A DNA stretch of 63,700 bases, the filler included, from Folioceros fuciformis (lineage: Eukaryota): the NCBI GenBank assembly GCA_049999805.1. It is 13 parts of 13 records of this genome, joined end to end, with 100 filler letters (N's around TTAATTAATTAA, not from the genome) between each part and the next. Parts side by side here need not be neighbours in the genome. Positions count along the whole stretch, not along the records: positions 59,972 to 63,700 come from JBNGIO010004382.1; 12 more parts are not named here. One strand, 5' to 3'. Both the position numbers and the translations under genes were made by a program. Below the pieces are notes generated by a model. The model was not told the origin of the DNA. It saw nothing but the letters and a program-made list of their open reading frames with translations, and searched no databases. Shown here piece by piece: positions 60,537 to 63,700 of the stretch. Within the stretch, counting starts at the first letter, position 1, and each line of letters opens with the position of its first letter.

Positions 60537-61142
60537 CTTCTTGCTTCCACTCTTTCTGGCTTCCTTTTTGCATTCGCTCTTACCCACTACTCGGCCACTC
60601 ACTTCTCCTCCTTCTCACACACACGCACTCTCGCGCTCTCGTTTCTCCAGTTCTTTAGTGTTCTTTCTCAGCGATGCTCCTCCTGGGCTCCTATTAACGT
60701 TGAGGAATGGTGAGGTACCGGGGCTAAGGGAAGAGGAGTCCCTTCCACTCCGAACTCGCGGATTCGGCCCCGACATCGGCACCACCTCACGTGACCACCT
60801 CGAGGATAGCTGGGGAGCTTCTCTCCCACTCGGCGAGGCTCCTCCTCCCGATTCGTCCCCGAACCTGATCACGGAGTGCCCACCACCTACACCCGCACCC
60901 TAGGTTGCTACGTGCGCTCGCTTGCCTAGACCTCCTGTCCAACAACGGTGTTCAGCAACGGCCATCGCTAGGTCCTTGCACGGTCGTTTGTTCAGCTAGT
61001 TCTTGCTGATTTCTTAGGCCTTCAAACCGGCCTCTTGTACACGGGGATGGCGGTTTTTTCCGCCATAAAGTCTGTCAGGCAAGGGAGCTGCGCTCTTAAA
61101 TTCTGAGCGACTTAGGTCCAAATAAAGCACGCTAAAAAAATC

Positions 61143-63700
61143 CTATTCTAGCCTGCATTTACTATCGCCCTTTCCCACACCGCTAGTGGCTTCCTCTTGG
61201 CCTTCGCGCGTCACCCCTTGCTGCTCCCCCTCTTGCTCTTCTGCCCCTCCGTTGGTCCGGCAAATCCTCCAAGAGGATCTCCACATCACTGCTGCTGCTG
61301 CTGGACCTGGCTGGCGGCGCAAGTGGGTCCTGCCACTGTGGTCCACCACTCCTCCTGTTTCTCTGGTTGCTGAGGACAACCATAGGCTCCCGTTCTACCC
61401 AGCGCTGGGCCTCCTCTTTTGTCTATTCCTCCAGAACTGTCTCCGCATAGCAGTGGGGCCGTCCTGTCACCCACCAGCTGTAGTGGTAGAGTCCCAGGCG
61501 CGTCCTCAACTGTAGGCCGTAGCCCCGCGTCCCTCCTGTGCCCATATGTACATACAAAACAGCTTCAGAACCCTGGCCCCTTCTACATACAGGCCTGGCA
61601 CATAGGAGGCCTCCTCCTCATACTGAAGCACAATCCGCCTTCTGTCATAACAGAGGTGCTTACCCTGTCCTCCCTTGGGCTACCTCGGGTTGCCTGCTTC
61701 CCCTCCTGCTGGGGTACCTCAAGGTTCTCTGCCTGCCCAGCTGTTGCCTCCTCCGGCTCTGTTCTCCTAGTACGGGTCACCCTCCTGGAGTGCCTAGGGG
61801 CAGGCGCCCCTACTGCTTCCTCCTTCGTTTCCAGGGTTGGTTCTTCAGCTATCCTGGGCCTTGCAAAGGCCATCGGTAGCCCCGTCGGCTACCCGACTAC
61901 TAGTAGTCCCGTGGACTACCGGACTACTAGTAGTCCCCTCGACTACCGTTCCCCTGGTTTTGCTACCGGTAGCCCCTTCTGCTACCGGGGTCGCCAACTG
62001 ACTCGGATGCCCAGCCTTGCCCTTCCCCTTCACTCTCTCTCTGGCCTCATCCCGCTCCCGCTTGCATCTGTCAGCCAACTTTTGAGCCTGCTCCACAGCG
62101 GCTATCTCCATCTCCTGTGCCTTGGCCATTTCCTGTTGCATCTCCAGGTTAGTCTCGTGAGCCTCCCTCACCTAAGCTAGCAAGGTCCCCTGTTGCTCTT
62201 TCAGTACCTGCACTTTAGCCCTCGCCTCGTGCGCCTCTTCCTCGGCTTGAGCCTTCTCCCTGTCCAGGACCCGCTGCTTCTCTTCCAGCAGTTGTCACGC
62301 CGTCTCTGACTCCGCCAGTTGCCTCCTTGCTTCAGCCTCACGAGCCTTCTCCTCCTTTCCTCGAGCCTCGGCCTCTCGCTCCTCTTGTACACTTAACCAA
62401 GTCAGGGCCCTAGCAGCCTGATCCAGGAGGTATGCTTGGGCTTGCACCATCGCAGCAGTCAGCCCGGGTAGGTCCACCTCCTGCACCCCTCCGATGCCCA
62501 TTCCTCTCGCCGTGATTTGTCTGCCCAGGAATTCTTGCAACTTGTCCAGGTCCCCCACTTGCAACCTGTCTCTGTGAGGACGACACCTGAAAATGTCCTT
62601 CCACCTTGAGAAACCCTCTTGTGCTGGAACGTGCCCTAACTTATCCTCCTATCTGGAGGAAACTGTGTCGGCTGCCATCACCTGATCCTGTGGCTCCTCG
62701 GGTCTTGTCTCACCCTGACCTTGCTCCTCCAACCTTCAGTCCTTGATTCCCTAGACAGCTGGTTGTCATTCTGCATGCTGCTGGCCCGTCTGCTCCAGGG
62801 CTGTCCCCCCTTCCTCCTGATCAGCCCCCATGCTCACACTTTGTCCTCTGGTCCTTTTCCTCTTGGCATGAGTCTTCTTTTGTGGCGCCATCCTCTTCCT
62901 GGGCTTGACTGGGGTTTCCTCCTGCGAGCTATTCCCACTGTTAGCTTCCCAACTGCTGGAGGCAGCCCTTGCTGGCTCAGCGGGCTTCCACTTCACATTG
63001 CGAACTGCCTTCCACAGGTGCAGCGAGGCCAGCATTTCTAGCTCAGTGACCACGTTAGCGTAACTGTACANNNNNNNNNNNNNNNNNNNNNNNNNNNNNN
63101 NNNNNNNNNNNNNNNNNNNNNNNNNNNNNNNNNNNNNNNNNNNNNNNNNNNNNNNNNNNNNNNNNNNNNNGGGGACTTGCCATGTCGCGCACCAGCCACC
63201 CGTTCGCTTCCTTTCTCATACTTGCCTTGAGTAGCGTTTTCGCGGCTCCCGTTCCGCCACGCTTCTTTAGGGACTCCAGCACCAGTCCCCCTTCCTCCTG
63301 TTGGTCGCGCCCGTAGACCCTCCTGATCAACTCCAGGTTCCATTCCTGGGGTCTGCCTCTTATCCCCTCCTCGCGTACAGGCTCTATCAGCCTCAGGGCG
63401 CACTCCCTGACCAGCTGCGGTGCTGCATGGTTCCACTTCTGGGTCATAAAGTTCAGACCTAGCTCTGCCACCAACTTTTCTGCCCTGACCCTCCAGTGCT
63501 CCATATTGGGCCACAGGAGTAGGTCGATTCGGGGGATAGGAGGTCCCCCCTCTTGTCTAGAGGCTGCTGCTCCAAGGATCAGTTCAGGCCACGACCTCAT
63601 CCTTCATGTCCTCCTCCCCTCACGCTCGGGCTCGGAACTCTTCTGTGCTGGTCGCGCTCTGGCTCTTCCTCTATTCGCCCAGCTCTCTCCACCGCTCGCG
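61143..63700 (-). pseudogene. Decayed large retrotransposon accessory ORF (plant-mobile-domain/Athila-type N-terminus, coiled coil, possible degenerate zinc knuckle)
   Basis: LVRECALRL...IRGRPQEWNLELIRRVYG resembles the LVREF...VRG...I...G pattern of gypsy accessory proteins; E/A/R-rich coiled coil at 61845-62564; frameshifts. Confidence 0.5.

Overview
Eukaryotic, land-plant-type genomic DNA, probably from a non-seed plant (inferred from short GT-AG introns and gene/TE types). It is not one continuous locus: 13 small scaffolds are joined by an artificial spacer (N44-TTAATTAATTAA-N44), so adjacency is only meaningful between spacers. Most of the window is transposon sequence: several Ty1/copia and Ty3/gypsy LTR retrotransposons (many nested or decayed), a LINE ORF1 relic, a long-TIR DNA element and an RPA70-like fragment. 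Host genes are the 3' exons of a serine carboxypeptidase-like gene, the 5' end of a class I small heat-shock protein, and a cluster of two secreted DUF26/Gnk2-like genes head-to-head with an intronless LRR receptor kinase whose kinase looks WAK-like. Two observations stand out. (1) The near-intact copia element at 1-13840 carries extra genes at both ends, including an apparently spliced antisense gene (basic AT-hook/NLS N-terminus, acidic C-terminus) that fills the space between RNase H and the PPT. The same antisense architecture appears to recur in two other LTR elements here. (2) The divergent DUF26-like/LRR-RLK cluster is a candidate linked ligand/receptor or immune module.
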